Shown: positions 44,601-56,823 of the stretch, one piece after another | Layout: every line of letters begins with the position of its first letter | Numbering within the stretch: the stretch's first letter is position 1 | NCBI GenBank assembly: GCA_002633005.1 | Contig: NMRA01000313.1 | Span: 1-64,000, forward strand | DNA length: 64,000 bases | Direction of reading: 5' to 3' | DNA from: Phoronis australis | Taxonomy: Eukaryota; Animalia; Phoronida | The notes under the pieces: generated by a model | Database searches by the model: none | Told to the model about the DNA's origin: nothing | Seen by the model: only the letters and a program-made list of their open reading frames with translations | Made by a program: the position numbers and the translations under genes

Positions 44601-46635
44601 GGAGAACAATTCGGACACTCCGATTGGTTGAAAGTTAAGAATTGATCTCTAGCTCGTACAGCAACATCAGGCTAAACCAATACTCTCCACTCAAGCGTAG
44701 GGGCTCTGTAATTGACACAGATTAACAAATTATTAACTAAAATAGTTGAAACATTTACCATACCTTTCCGACTTATTCCAGGACCATTTGTTTGCTGCAC
44801 CTTCCACACCTCCATTCATACTACCGGTCTTTCAGATCTACTATGTTGCAATTGTCTAGAATTACACGGGATTTCAACGTTTTGTTAAGTGATGTGCTGA
44901 CTAGGAAATTTGAAACACAAGTATTGAAAATTTACGATAACACCGTATATGTAGCCTAATTGTATAATGTGAAGCTTATGTAACTGATCTTGAGGCACGC
45001 ATGATGACTAGTCAGAGCAGACAAATTTAATATTGTTACGTACACCTGTATAGTAATAAAACTTCCAGGTGTTATTAATCATCAGTCATCAATAAGAATA
45101 CTAATCCCGAGTTTGGGCTTTTTTTGTCCGTTTTTTTTTTGCACACAATGTTATGTTATACCGCTTTTGACGCGTTAATTGGATGTTATGCAACTTGATT
45201 ATACTTCGAATACATCTTTATTTTTCGGCAAGTGTCTGATTTGATGTACACGGCATTTCACACATTAATCTATCCGAACTGCTAAATTGTCGATATTTTA
45301 ATGTACACTGTATAGATGGATATAAAAATGCCAGAATGAAATACATGACTCTATGCTAGATTGTCATTCAACAAAGTTTGAACATGTTTTGTGGTGATTT
45401 TAATTGTTCATTTTACCACTCCCCTTACCTTAAAACATTGTGCAACTAGATCCTAAAACCATGAAAAGGAAAATCCTGCGTCCTATAAATTAAGTGACAA
45501 GAACCGGTTCAAAAATCTCTGAAAACATACCGAGTTTCTATTCTATCTGGCTAATGATACCCGTGTGTGGCATTTTTATTTCCTGCGGCGTCGTAATGAG
45601 GTTATGTTGCTTATGTTTTTATCTTCGTGTTTCGGGGCATCTGTTTTGTTTGTGTGTCTGTGAACAGTTTAACTCAAAAAGTCGCTTATGAGTGACTAGC
45701 AAAAATTGCTCTTTCAGAATTTTTATGGAGAAAATCAAAATGTATTAAAAACGAAAACAAAATGAAAGTTTAGAAAACTGTCACGGCTGTTGTATTAAAG
45801 AATTCATCTGGAATATTTATACGAAACAAAATTTGGCAATGTTTTTTCATTGTCACCCATGTTTTGCTGTGAATGTGACTCTTTTTCCTACATTTAACCA
45901 GAATCACATTACATCATGTCCCAATCAATGACCCGTAAAATGACGCTCGAAAAATACTAAAAGAGTTCCCACCATGATCACGTGCCTGAAAACAAATTTC
46001 ACTTAACATCTTATGAGATTTAATATCATTGAGTATACAAGTTGCTAAGAAACAAGCCTTAGATTAAAAAAGGATTTTTTTTCTGGTGTTGTACGTAATG
46101 GGTGGAAGGCCGTCTCCGCCGTTTTTGCGTTAAGTACGATACTGAGGAATTGTGAGGAATGTCCGCACAAAGCCGCTTTTTTAGACATGAAAAGGAGCGT
46201 TTGTGAACGATGTAGCAACAGCAGTTTGGCTGAGAACGTGTCTGTGTTCAAATTTCCTAAATACGTGAAAGTTGTTTCCTTTACTGATTATGCATGTACT
46301 CACAGCTGTTCAAGTACTCACCAGGTGGCGGTTGCTAAAAATTTAAATATTTATGGCATCTTTAATCCCTCAAGACTTCTGACCAAATTATAATATTGTA
46401 CTTTTTTATTCAATATAATAGGTACGGTACAGATCACACAATTACACGATGCAAAAACTTTTTGTTTTGGTCAAGGAACAGTTAAGTGTCATCTTACAGG
46501 GCTGATATGTAAAAAGGTAATTTGACATTGGAGAAAAAACAAGCGGAGTCTATGGTTCATTCAGAATAAGCAAACAAGGTCAAAACCTTGCCAGCTCTCT
46601 ATACGTTTACCACACTTCATTTTGTGACTTCATTT

Positions 46636-46712
46636 TGTGTGTGTGTTTGTGTGTGTGTCTGTTTGTGTGCGTGCGTGCGTGCGTGCGTGTGCGTGTGTGT
46701 GCGTGCATGTGT
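46636..46712 (+). repeat. (GT)n/(GCGT)n microsatellite
   Basis: Direct reading. Confidence 0.9.
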
Positions 46713-47234
46713 GGATTTTTCAGTGTGGCTGTAACTATACGCAAGATACATGTACGTGTGAGACTGGTTTTTAAGAGTCAACGATTCTTCACTGTGGAAG
46801 GTTAGGCCTACGGACAATAGCTTCTATTTTTGAAGGTGTGCTGACCATTGCTTCGAAGTTCCATGTTTTAACTGCCTGTTTATCACAGGATAAATCAGGT
46901 TGTGTACAGCTGTCAGTACGACAGTGTTGATAATTTATGAGACTTGTTTTTATTGAGTGATATGGAGTTATTGGATTAAAGAGTTTTATTTTTTCTAAAT
47001 AATTATTGAATAAATACTATTTACGTATCACTGCAAACATTCACATCTGGTCTGAAAATTGTATGTATAAACACACAATATAGTATCGGAAATAACTATT
47101 TGAATTAGTCATGAGCAAGTATTTATTATAATACCTCAACAATGAGTAACTGACAATATACAGATTAGAATTAAATTAAAATGCTCTGGTGATAGGAACT
47201 GGTCATGAGAGATGAGTTCAGACAATGAAAAGGG

Positions 47235-47470
47235 ATTGCTTTGAACAACCATCAATATAGACTTGGATACAAATCCTATATGGCTTTTACTTGTCGTAAG
47301 AGCCCGTGTGCCAAACGGCATTCGGACCGCGGACTCCATACCTCCTCCGAACTAGCCGTTTACAACGTGTAGCTTCAACATCAGAGGGATCAATGACAGA
47401 TAACAACTTCCAAATTGTCTTTCGTGGTATAGTTAAACCCTTTGCTACGCACTTCTCATGCGCGCATCTA
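47235..47470 (-). pseudogene. Fossil IS3EU-like (IS481/IS3-related) DDE integrase fragment
   Basis: RCAHEKCVAKGLTIPRKTIWKLLSVIDPSDVEATRCKRLVRRRYGVRGPNAVWHTGSYDK*KPYRICIQVYIDGCSK matches DP.GV..R...L.RR.Y...GPN..WH.D..DKLKPYG..I.G.IDG.SR; not in the ORF track because of the internal stop. Confidence 0.8.
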
Positions 47471-49499
47471 TTCTTGTTATTTTATGCATCAGGCTAATTC
47501 GATCGTTTTCAAGTTGTGTTGCAAAGAAAATATTCTTACTAGTGCGTTGAACAGTCAAACCGCCAAACTAACGTAGAAGTCTTCAATCCCTGGCTAACCC
47601 AACAACACGTTTGCTTTTAAGAGGTATCAACAGTTTTTATTAATCAAATGAATCACACGCGTATTCTCAAACATTCTTAAGTGATCTCAGCCACTACAAA
47701 TATCACTTTCATCAACAAGTCTGCTTTCAAAAACGAGTGACTTGATAGTTATGACTGACAAGTACCTATTTACTTTCGAGATAACTATTACCAAATAAAT
47801 CACTGGCAGAATTATGTTTTCAGGATTCACACGAATCCGAGACGCGAATGTTTTTGGATTTTGTGGCTGATTTTGTTTTCCTGACGACGTTTTTTTAATT
47901 TTTAGTTCTGTTCCAGTCCCAGTGGGGTAAAAACCCCTGAATCCACCCCGTAAATCCAGCACCGTGGATGTGTTGTTGGACGTCATGCCTGAACTCCAAA
48001 TTATACTTCTGATAAAGTGAAGAGTGAGACAGTTAGTTATGCGACCCGGCATTCCCTTGCCAGCTCTTCATACTTCTAAATTTTGTTTTAATCTGCGACT
48101 ATTCATTTCATTTTCCACGTTTGAAAAAAATACGTTAAATCGTTACTGTGACAAAATTCTGTCAGTCGTTAAAGACAATGCTTCCGGGCATTATATGCTC
48201 AAACCGGCAAACTTTAAAATTTGTCCGATAACTAAATCAGGTTTCTCTCACCCAAAACGAGAACCCGATTCCACTAATCGAGTGAGACATTAACGATTTC
48301 TCGTCACGAGGCTTTTGCTGCAGACATGAGCTGTATAAACTGAGGTAACTTGAATTCGAAGCGCGTACCTATTCGTTTACACTTGGTCTCAGGGCGCAAT
48401 AAACCACTTGCCGGTTTCCATACCTAGCAAAAAAGTAGGGACACTAAAAACTTCCCTCTTATTGAGCAATATCACACAGGGTCTATTGCAGTGCACGTGG
48501 GAAACCATTATGACGCCAAGGGAGGTGGTACAAAATTCCCTCTTGCTTCATGTCTCGTAAAAGGTCTATTTTCTTGGCACACACCCGATGTTATCGTGCG
48601 ACTAAAATCGTTTGGGGCAAAACTAAATATTCTTAAACAAACTTTGTAAAAAAACATTCGACAGCTCATTCAAGCGAATTTTTAATCAAAGTTTGCTGTC
48701 AAAACACAACAGCATTAAAACTGGAAACTATTTTGTTTGCAAACACATTAAATAATTTTGAATGGCAAACTCTTAACTGTCGCCGTCGACACATTTAATA
48801 AATGTCAAACACAGTCATACAAACTGGCGAGTGAACAAGTAACTGGCTCTTTTTACTCCGTTTTAACAAAACTCGACTTGTATGCAAGCTTTACTCTTTA
48901 CTAACAATTAAACGTTAAGGCAAATATGTATTGTATGCGAAAAGTGTTATCTTCTCGGATTCGAGCAAATATAGGTATTGAAGAAGCGCGGACAATGATT
49001 ACATACAATGGTGCTTAAACGTCATCGGGAGCTTGATGGGAGCATAGCTTTGCGTTGTCAGGTTGAGCGCGCTTCACCAAACGTATCGCACACATTTTGT
49101 GGAAGACGACTCTAGGAAGTAATATATCGTGCAGAAACAAGCTGGCCGATGTCGTAATGAACTAATGAACTGTACATGGTGAATCGTAAGTGCTATCCAA
49201 GTTTGAAATTCTGTTATTTTAACAAAGCGATTACAAAACTAAAATCCATAAAATGGAAAATAGCTTCTGAGTTAGACCTCTTTGTCACCACAAATCCGGT
49301 CTCAATTTGTTCGTAACTCAAATGGCGTGGTTTCTAGGCTTTAAAAATGGACGTCTCGTCAGTAATTCTTTGAGCCAATACTCGGAATATAAAACTACTC
49401 GCCGTGATAAGCATAATTATAAAACTTGGTCTCAAACTATGACGTCCTCGCCGTCAGTTCTTTCCAAATCCAAGTATTTCCACTGACTTGATTACGTTT

Positions 49500-49722
49500 A
49501 AAACACAACTAAACTTTTTGTTTGAAAGCTTGATACAGGGTCGCTCGTAGGGTTGAAACAATCTCCTTTCTTCAGGTGCGCAGCTATATAGCTAAGTGTT
49601 TAAGTTGTTTGTTATGTCTATCGGTGTTGCGCTACCTACATGTACACGTAGCTGCACACTTGAAGAAAGGAGATTAATTCGACGTTACGTGCGACTTCAA
49701 ACAAAAAGTTTAGTCGTGTTTT
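49500..49722. mobile_element. Inverted pair of a second pLTR-like repeat with decayed hammerhead-like core
   Basis: Arms 49500-49586 and 49649-49722 are reverse complements; both read gctgc.cac(c/t)TGAAGAaaggagatt. Confidence 0.5.
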
Positions 49723-52218
49723 CAATGAAGTTTGTATTAACGAAGGCTGCTACCAAACTATACTGTCTGATTTGATTAAGGAAGCTTTTTGGACTGATTT
49801 CACGGAAAGTTGTCAGAAGATATATTTTACGGCGGACGCGGGTTTTATGGTGCTTTAAATGCGAACACGATTGCGAGGAAAAGGGAATTTACTGATAGTT
49901 TCCACTGTTGACAGCTCGCTTGTATTGTATTTTGCCGTTAAATTGCACGGCATACATCCACAAATTAATTATTCGAATTTAACTTGAGGCATCCGACTGT
50001 ATGTGATGCCTCAATGGCGACATTTTTATTCAGAATAATTCAATATTGACAAAATTAACGTGTGAGTTGTAAAAATAAAAAGGGATTTAAATCAATCAAT
50101 AAAATGAGCAGTTGAATTGTTTGCTGAAATGAAAAACACACAATCGAATCTCGTATTGTTCCTTTAGCGTAAAATTAGACATTCCACCTCCAATTCAGCG
50201 GTCATATTTCAATCCGGAGAAAAGTAGAAGTATCATTTTAAAAATGTAGTAAAGTCCCTTTGGTGACAGATTCAGAGGTTAGCCATTTTAAGAAACATGA
50301 CCAAATGTACATACAGAAGGAATTGAAAATGTGCAATCCTCCAGTAAAATGTGCCAACAGGAAACCAAAATTCCAAGAAAGGCCTTCAAAAAATAATAAA
50401 TATAATTATGCGTTATGTGTAAAAAATCAAAGTAGGCAAAATGTCTCAAAGTCTGAAAAACACAATTTTTGATCACGAAATCAAAAAGTAAAAAATATCT
50501 TTGCAGCAAACTACTTTTTGTATAAAAGCAAATATAGCTTTAATTGAAATTGCCATTAACGTTGATTCTCCTAGCGTGACTGACGTATGCTCAAGAGTTA
50601 AATCCTGTTATTTGCAATCTGCAAAAGGAATGATTTATTGTGAAAAAGCGATCAACTGAAAGATTGATATTACTCGTATAACGCATAATGTATCGGATGT
50701 TTAGTGATATCTTATCTGCCACTAATTTGACGCTGTTTGGACCCACAAATAGGAAAAAACATTCACTGCCTGAAAGTCATATGACATTTTCAAAAAAATT
50801 GCAGGTTACACTTTTTCTGTTTCGAGTAACCACGGGGGCTGCCCTTTTGAAATTAACAAAATCGCGTTTACATTAATTGGTGTGTTCCGACAACGGTTGC
50901 CCCATGTATGCTAAAGGAGAGTTCAGAGGGCTTAGGATTGAGCAGGTCCACAGCCATAATAATAATTAACGACGTGATTAGTACGCTGTAAGTCTGGTCT
51001 AATCATTATTATTGTCGCTTTTAATTTTGACATTTTGTATTTTGTTGACTGGGTCCAAAGGGCCAAAATGACGTCATGCTAAACAAGCAATCGTTTAGTC
51101 AAATGTTTTGCCTAAATTTCACTCACTGATATGCGCAGTCGGCTACACCATGTACTTGTGTATATGCATGGTTTGAATTAGGCGCTATTGGCGTTTTTCG
51201 TCCATTTTTAATACTTTTCATGGAATAGTAAGTGTTCAGTTGAAGTACACGTCAGCGTGTGTCATATTTTTAGCGGATAAGTCAACATGGTTAAAGTTTG
51301 TTTATGCGACATACATTTATTGATGAGATTAGACAACCACTAAAACATGTTGAACATTACACGAGTATCATGAACAGTTCAAAACCTGGTCAGCACGTCA
51401 CGAGTACGAAAGCACAGTCCTAATGTACAGAACACGCTGAATACGACACGTGACTCGGAGAGATTGGACAACTAAAGTTCAATGAATACAACATCTACAA
51501 AGAATCTCAAAGATCATATTTTAAAAATCTGTTCCTCGATTTTACCGTGCCTAATTTTGGCGCATGCGCATCATACAAGATATTTTTCTAAATCCCTGCA
51601 TGTGAACCCATCTGTCTAAGGGGAATGAGGATTCGGTGAGGGGAAATTAATATATTTCAAGAATGACCAATGAAACTGTTTCTAAGTGCTTTTTTGTTTC
51701 CTATTTTGGATAAACAGAAAAACAGCGGTTCAATATTTTGTGGAAAGTTTGAAATACAGCAGATATGAATCAATAATAAGGGTCTTTAGGTAGTTTTTAG
51801 TGCCATCTGCGGTCTTTTGATGTATGTTCATCTTTCTGGTAAGTTGCTGTGTTTCTCGAAAAAGGACTGTGCTTGAAAATGTTTAGCTGTGTAATCATGA
51901 TATAAGGTATTTACTTTTGTATTTTTTATTTCAACATTAACACTATTGGCTGTTATTTGATAGACACGTTTATTTACCTATATCCCTGTTTCAAAAATGC
52001 ACTGCCATTATTCCTTTACAGAATTGACAACATGGAACTTGAACGGAAGGAATGACGTCACAAAATCTTCCAGAACACGATCGGCTTTCGGATGGAGAAG
52101 TGAAAAGAAGGAAGTGAAATGCTCTCGAATATTTACAGAAACAAGTTAGCCATATAAGCCTGGGGTGAATAAATATCAAACGGGCACGGTCCTTTGAATT
52201 TTAGGACAGCACCACAGC

Positions 52219-53412
52219 ATGCTACCCGCACGAGGAATGAACAATAACGTCATTCGCATACGGCAATGGCAGGAGAAACGTCACAAGGCCATGTTACGTA
52301 ATCAACAGGATCTTCAACGATTCCACGAACAGAACGTCAGGCGGATGGAAATACGACATTCCTTCGTTGTTGACGCTTTGCGTGTGGAGAAAAACGTGTT
52401 TTTGTCATTTCACAAAGCTAGAGTTGACAAATGGCTGCAAGATGTGATTGAATGTCCAAGATATCCGAAAGAAAAACCGAGTGTGAAATCTGGTAAGACC
52501 AAAACGGACAAAAAGTCAGCGTACGACAAGAGTCCAGCAATTCAGGCGGCAAGTCACGTGGACAGATCGACGTCCGAAAATTTGGACATTAAGCTCCTAC
52601 CCCATATAGAGGAAAGCCAAAAAAATGTTGAGAAAGGTGTGATTTTGTCTTGTCAAGAAGAAACTGGTATCAATGAAAAAACTGATGAAATGTTGCCAAC
52701 GACTGTCGACAATCACACACGTGACGTCAGTGGAAATACACGTTGTGCGACGATAGCTGGGTTTTCCATGATATCAAAAAACGTGGTAAAAAGTGCACGG
52801 AATGTCAAATCGGTCATCGACTGCAAAGACTCGAAAAGAGAGTCAGAACACAACAGAAAGCTACAAAAAGCGTGGACAAAATTTCGGTTAACCCAGAGAG
52901 CAGTAGGCGATATTTGTGAAAATCAACGAGCACAGCGACTACAACATCTCCAGGTGAAAAAGGAATTTCTCAATGACCGTGTGAATAAATTTTCTATTCA
53001 TGAGCCCGTTAATCCCGATTTTTTGCCAAAGATACACGTAATTTCAGACAATCTAACGGAACAGGAGTCTGGCGACGATCAAAACGGAGTTGAAAATGAA
53101 CCGCGGGATCAAATTCTCCAGAGAAAGCCCTCATTCACGATGACAACTTTTGCTGTTTGTTTTCGAAACAATGCCATCATGCGCCTAGACCCTGAGCAAT
53201 TCCACGCAGACGATAAAACCGTCAGAAAACAATGGCGGTCCGAGTATGATCCAGAAGTACTTCGGAGAGAGGATGCCGAATGGCGGCGAAGAGAAGAAGA
53301 AAAAAGAAGACAGCACAAAATAAAAATGAACCAACTCTGGAACCCTATTGTTGCCACGGCGAGCGGCATCGCTGCATTTAAAAAAAATCTTAAGACATGC
53401 GTCAGAAAATAA
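52219..53412 (+). CDS. Uncharacterised 397-aa protein, single coding exon, charged helical termini
   Basis: 1194-bp uninterrupted ORF in AT-rich DNA; upstream acceptor cctttacag (52021) and donor gtaagt (~51839) suggest a spliced 5' UTR; no domain recognised. Confidence 0.75.
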   Translation: MLPARGMNNNVIRIRQWQEKRHKAMLRNQQDLQRFHEQNVRRMEIRHSFVVDALRVEKNVFLSFHKARVDKWLQDVIECPRYPKEKPSVKSGKTKTDKKSAYDKSPAIQAASHVDRSTSENLDIKLLPHIEESQKNVEKGVILSCQEETGINEKTDEMLPTTVDNHTRDVSGNTRCATIAGFSMISKNVVKSARNVKSVIDCKDSKRESEHNRKLQKAWTKFRLTQRAVGDICENQRAQRLQHLQVKKEFLNDRVNKFSIHEPVNPDFLPKIHVISDNLTEQESGDDQNGVENEPRDQILQRKPSFTMTTFAVCFRNNAIMRLDPEQFHADDKTVRKQWRSEYDPEVLRREDAEWRRREEEKRRQHKIKMNQLWNPIVATASGIAAFKKNLKTCVRK

Positions 53413-55658
53413 AAGAACACTAGTGGTTGATTATTGTCACGTGAGCTGGACTGCGTTCCGTAGATCCAAGACATTAGCTTCAGTTGAGCGGCTAAATTCT
53501 TTGCTTATTTTATCCAACTTTAATTTATGATTTCTTTCCCCTCACCCACCAACCACTTCAGTGGTTATCATATTTTTAAGATGTGGTACGACAGGCTTTG
53601 AGCATACTATAGCCTCGCATTCAGCCTCCGGGCGTTAGAGCGAGTTCCGTGAACAACTCGAAAACGAGGCTATTTGGTCAGATTTCACCATACCAGGCTA
53701 CGTTCTGGGTTCCTGGGCCTGACCATTTTACTCGAAATTGAACTTGACATTATTTTTATCATTTTCTAATCTACTTCTGTGCGAACTCCAGATAAGTGTT
53801 TCAGTATTATTTGGTGCTCGATGTCATAACAGCTTACGTGATAATTGTCTAATCCTGCTTTGAAATTAATCCGGCATTAAGGCTCAAAGTTCGAGTCTGA
53901 ACTCGAAATCTAGAGTTTTACACGAATTTTTAGCTCGAATCTAGGGTTCATCAAGTGCGAACTTCGACTTGAGGAATTTCAGTTGCATAAACCGTGATCT
54001 ACTTGAGTACAAATAATGGACACTCATGTTGCATTCGTAAAAAAGTAGAATACGGAAAATGACAAAAATAATTTCTAGTTCGATCTGTTGTAAAACGATA
54101 AGGCCCCGGCTCCTGATCAGTATGCGAAATTCAACATTTTAATTTTTTTGTTATTTTCCTCATTTGCTGTGATTTTCTAATGAGACAAACGTTTATTTGC
54201 TGCTCAATATGAACCAAAAAATGTGGTCGCTCGAGTGATTGAGATCAGTAGGCATGGTGATCACAATTCGCGTTCATCATCTGGATTATGACTGAAGTTA
54301 CACGTATGTCATGAGGTTGCAAAAGTGTAGTATCGGTGTTCAGATGGTTTAACCCACCGTTTGACCTTATCTTTAATTGACCAATCACGAAAGTTCACCA
54401 GACTCCCGATGGATGCGAGACGAGCGAAACAATCGCCTCTCTAGCGTGATTTTCCGTGGTTTTGCGTGATCTCGCTTTTCTCTCAAGAAACCAGTTTTAC
54501 GGAATGCTACCCAGGTGATTTTATGGTGAAACCCCGGTATGAATTGGATTCAAAATTAGCAAGAAATGCCGAATCTGTTCGTCTTCAAAGTACAACATAA
54601 CTTCATTTGTTTATGGGACTTGTTTCACGAAAGTGACTTTTAAGTCTGAAGTCTTAAAATATTTCAGACTTAAAAGTCTTAAATGAGTTCAGATAGATAT
54701 TTTGTCTTACGCTCCACACGAAATCAGAAAAATAATTAAATCTCACTTGAGCAAAGTTGCAAAGTCTCTGAAAATATACGCATAACTTCTATTTACTGAG
54801 ACAATTCTATAAACTATTTCTAGAATATGATGTGCTAAGACCAAATTCAAGTCAGGTTTTACGAAACACACCTCTGATCACAGGCTATCCTATATTTACC
54901 CCTAATGAAACGAAATAAAAAAATATTCCCACTTTGGGAATAGGCCTGTGCGAAACCGTACGGAAATTTGCAAAATGACACAATGTTCTTCAACAGCGAT
55001 GTTGCCTTATTTCAGACACAAAAGTCCAACTAATCGGTAAGTGACAGTTGCAATTATAACAATGTCGGCGCCAAAGAAACATGAAACTAAAGGTATTTTT
55101 CTGTTGTCAAATCGTAAAAATTATCACAACACGAAATCTATACACAATGCCTTGAGACGTTTTGGAACTCGAAGTCGAAATAATAATAGAAATTTTACAC
55201 GCTTCTTGTTAATTGAAGGATGCTATTTATCAAGGCTTTTAATTAACGCTCATCGCTTTACTGCAAACTTATTTCCGTGTCAAACTTACTCAATATACAT
55301 GTAATTACATGAAGTCTGTGTATCCGTGTATCTGCAAATTAGTTTTTTTGGCACTTTAGATAACGTAATGCAGCACATGACCGACTCTGTATTCACGGCC
55401 ATCTTGACGTCGGTAACTGCTTTTTATCAAAACTATTAACTGGTTTTCAGGTGTTTGTCTCGGCAAACCACGTTTCTCGCTTTATTTAGTCAGAAAGCGC
55501 TTCACTTTTGTATCAGCTGTGCCTGATAGTTAAAGTGTTTGCTGACTTCAATGTTTTTGGTTGTAGCCCAAGTCAGAGTCTGGCTGCAACTACAGTTGCC
55601 TAATTTTGAATTTCCAGATTCTTTCAGTAGAGGCGAAACTTCTGAAGTGGGCTTAGCA

Positions 55659-55812
55659 CAGTGGCGGATTTAGAGGGGAGCCAAGAGGGTCATGCTCCCC
55701 TAAAATTATCCCGGATTCCATTTAACAGGTTGGGGGTGCTAATTTCTGACGGGCAAAATCCTGGCTAATACTCTGCCCTGCCCCCCAACTCAAAATCCTG
55801 GATCCGCCTTTG
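55659..55812. mobile_element. Short MITE (CAGTGGCGGAT... family)
   Basis: cagtggcggatttag / ctggatccgcctttg ends; flanks tagca / tagta. Confidence 0.55.
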
Positions 55813-56630
55813 TAGTATGTAAGAAGTAACATCACAAGTTTCTTACTTTTCTGACGAAGTGCATTTGGAAAAAAAAACACCACTACAACATTTTAACGAA
55901 GAAATGACTAAGTTTCTAAACTCCAAGAATTGGTCAATAATTGATTGACACCGTCCCTTACGTATGTTTACCTGGTCAGTTTTATGTACACTGCAAACAC
56001 TCCTGGAACAAAGTCACAAGAAGCAAATTTGCAAAGCTGATGATTCTTTCAAGTCATCGGGGCTAATTCTCCATTTGTTGACTTCACGGAGCATGTGAGC
56101 TTAGAGTAAAGTTTTCTAGGACACTCCCGGTTGATAATTGTTTTCTTTAAAATACTGAAGCTTAATTGTTAAAATTTTGTTTACATATAACTAGGTGTGG
56201 TCAAATTTCTTTGAAAACGAAACTTGTTTTGATACAGATATTACGGAAAAAAATTAGCCGGTGGTTTTAATTGGCATTTTACCATAAGGAGATGATAGAT
56301 ACATCACTCGAAGCGCTAACCACCTGCTCACATGTGAACTTGGCTGCAGCTTTCTCTGACGGAAAAGGCAAAGAAATATAAGAGGAATGATCTTAATGAA
56401 AGCGGACCATTCCTCGGTCGTGAGTTGTAAACGGCTATGAAGTACCTTGCATGAATGATGGACCCGCATATACTGAATGGCATGTATTAATGACTTTTTT
56501 GCAGTTTCATTACATAAAAGAAATCACAAACACTCACGATTATTCAGTCAAATCTAAATAACAACTTATAACCTTTCAACAAAATCGTAATCTTAAAATG
56601 AATCTAATTAAGTCAATTTTTAGCCATAGT

Positions 56631-56823
56631 AAGATTAAAAACCGGACGATCGCCTCACAAATAAAAAAGTTCATGTTCAATCAAAGTTTCGTCTATTCAT
56701 TAGACATCATCTGGATGATTATTTACAAGGACAGCAAGTGAGTGCCAACATACAGCTCAGGTAACATCCATAAAGGGAAATAAGAGATACAGGGAATATT
56801 TGTGCGGCGATCGTCCGTTTTGT
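56631..56823 (-). mobile_element. Second copy of the Penelope-type pLTR remnant
   Basis: 56631-56765 is the reverse complement of unit 36512-36644 (core mutated to CAGATGA), followed by a partial inverted 3' copy at 56797-56823. Confidence 0.65.

Noticed and set aside
53610-53672. 63-bp element with tagcctcg/cgaggcta ends
   Set aside because: Only an 8-bp inverted repeat and no clear TSD; too weak to call.
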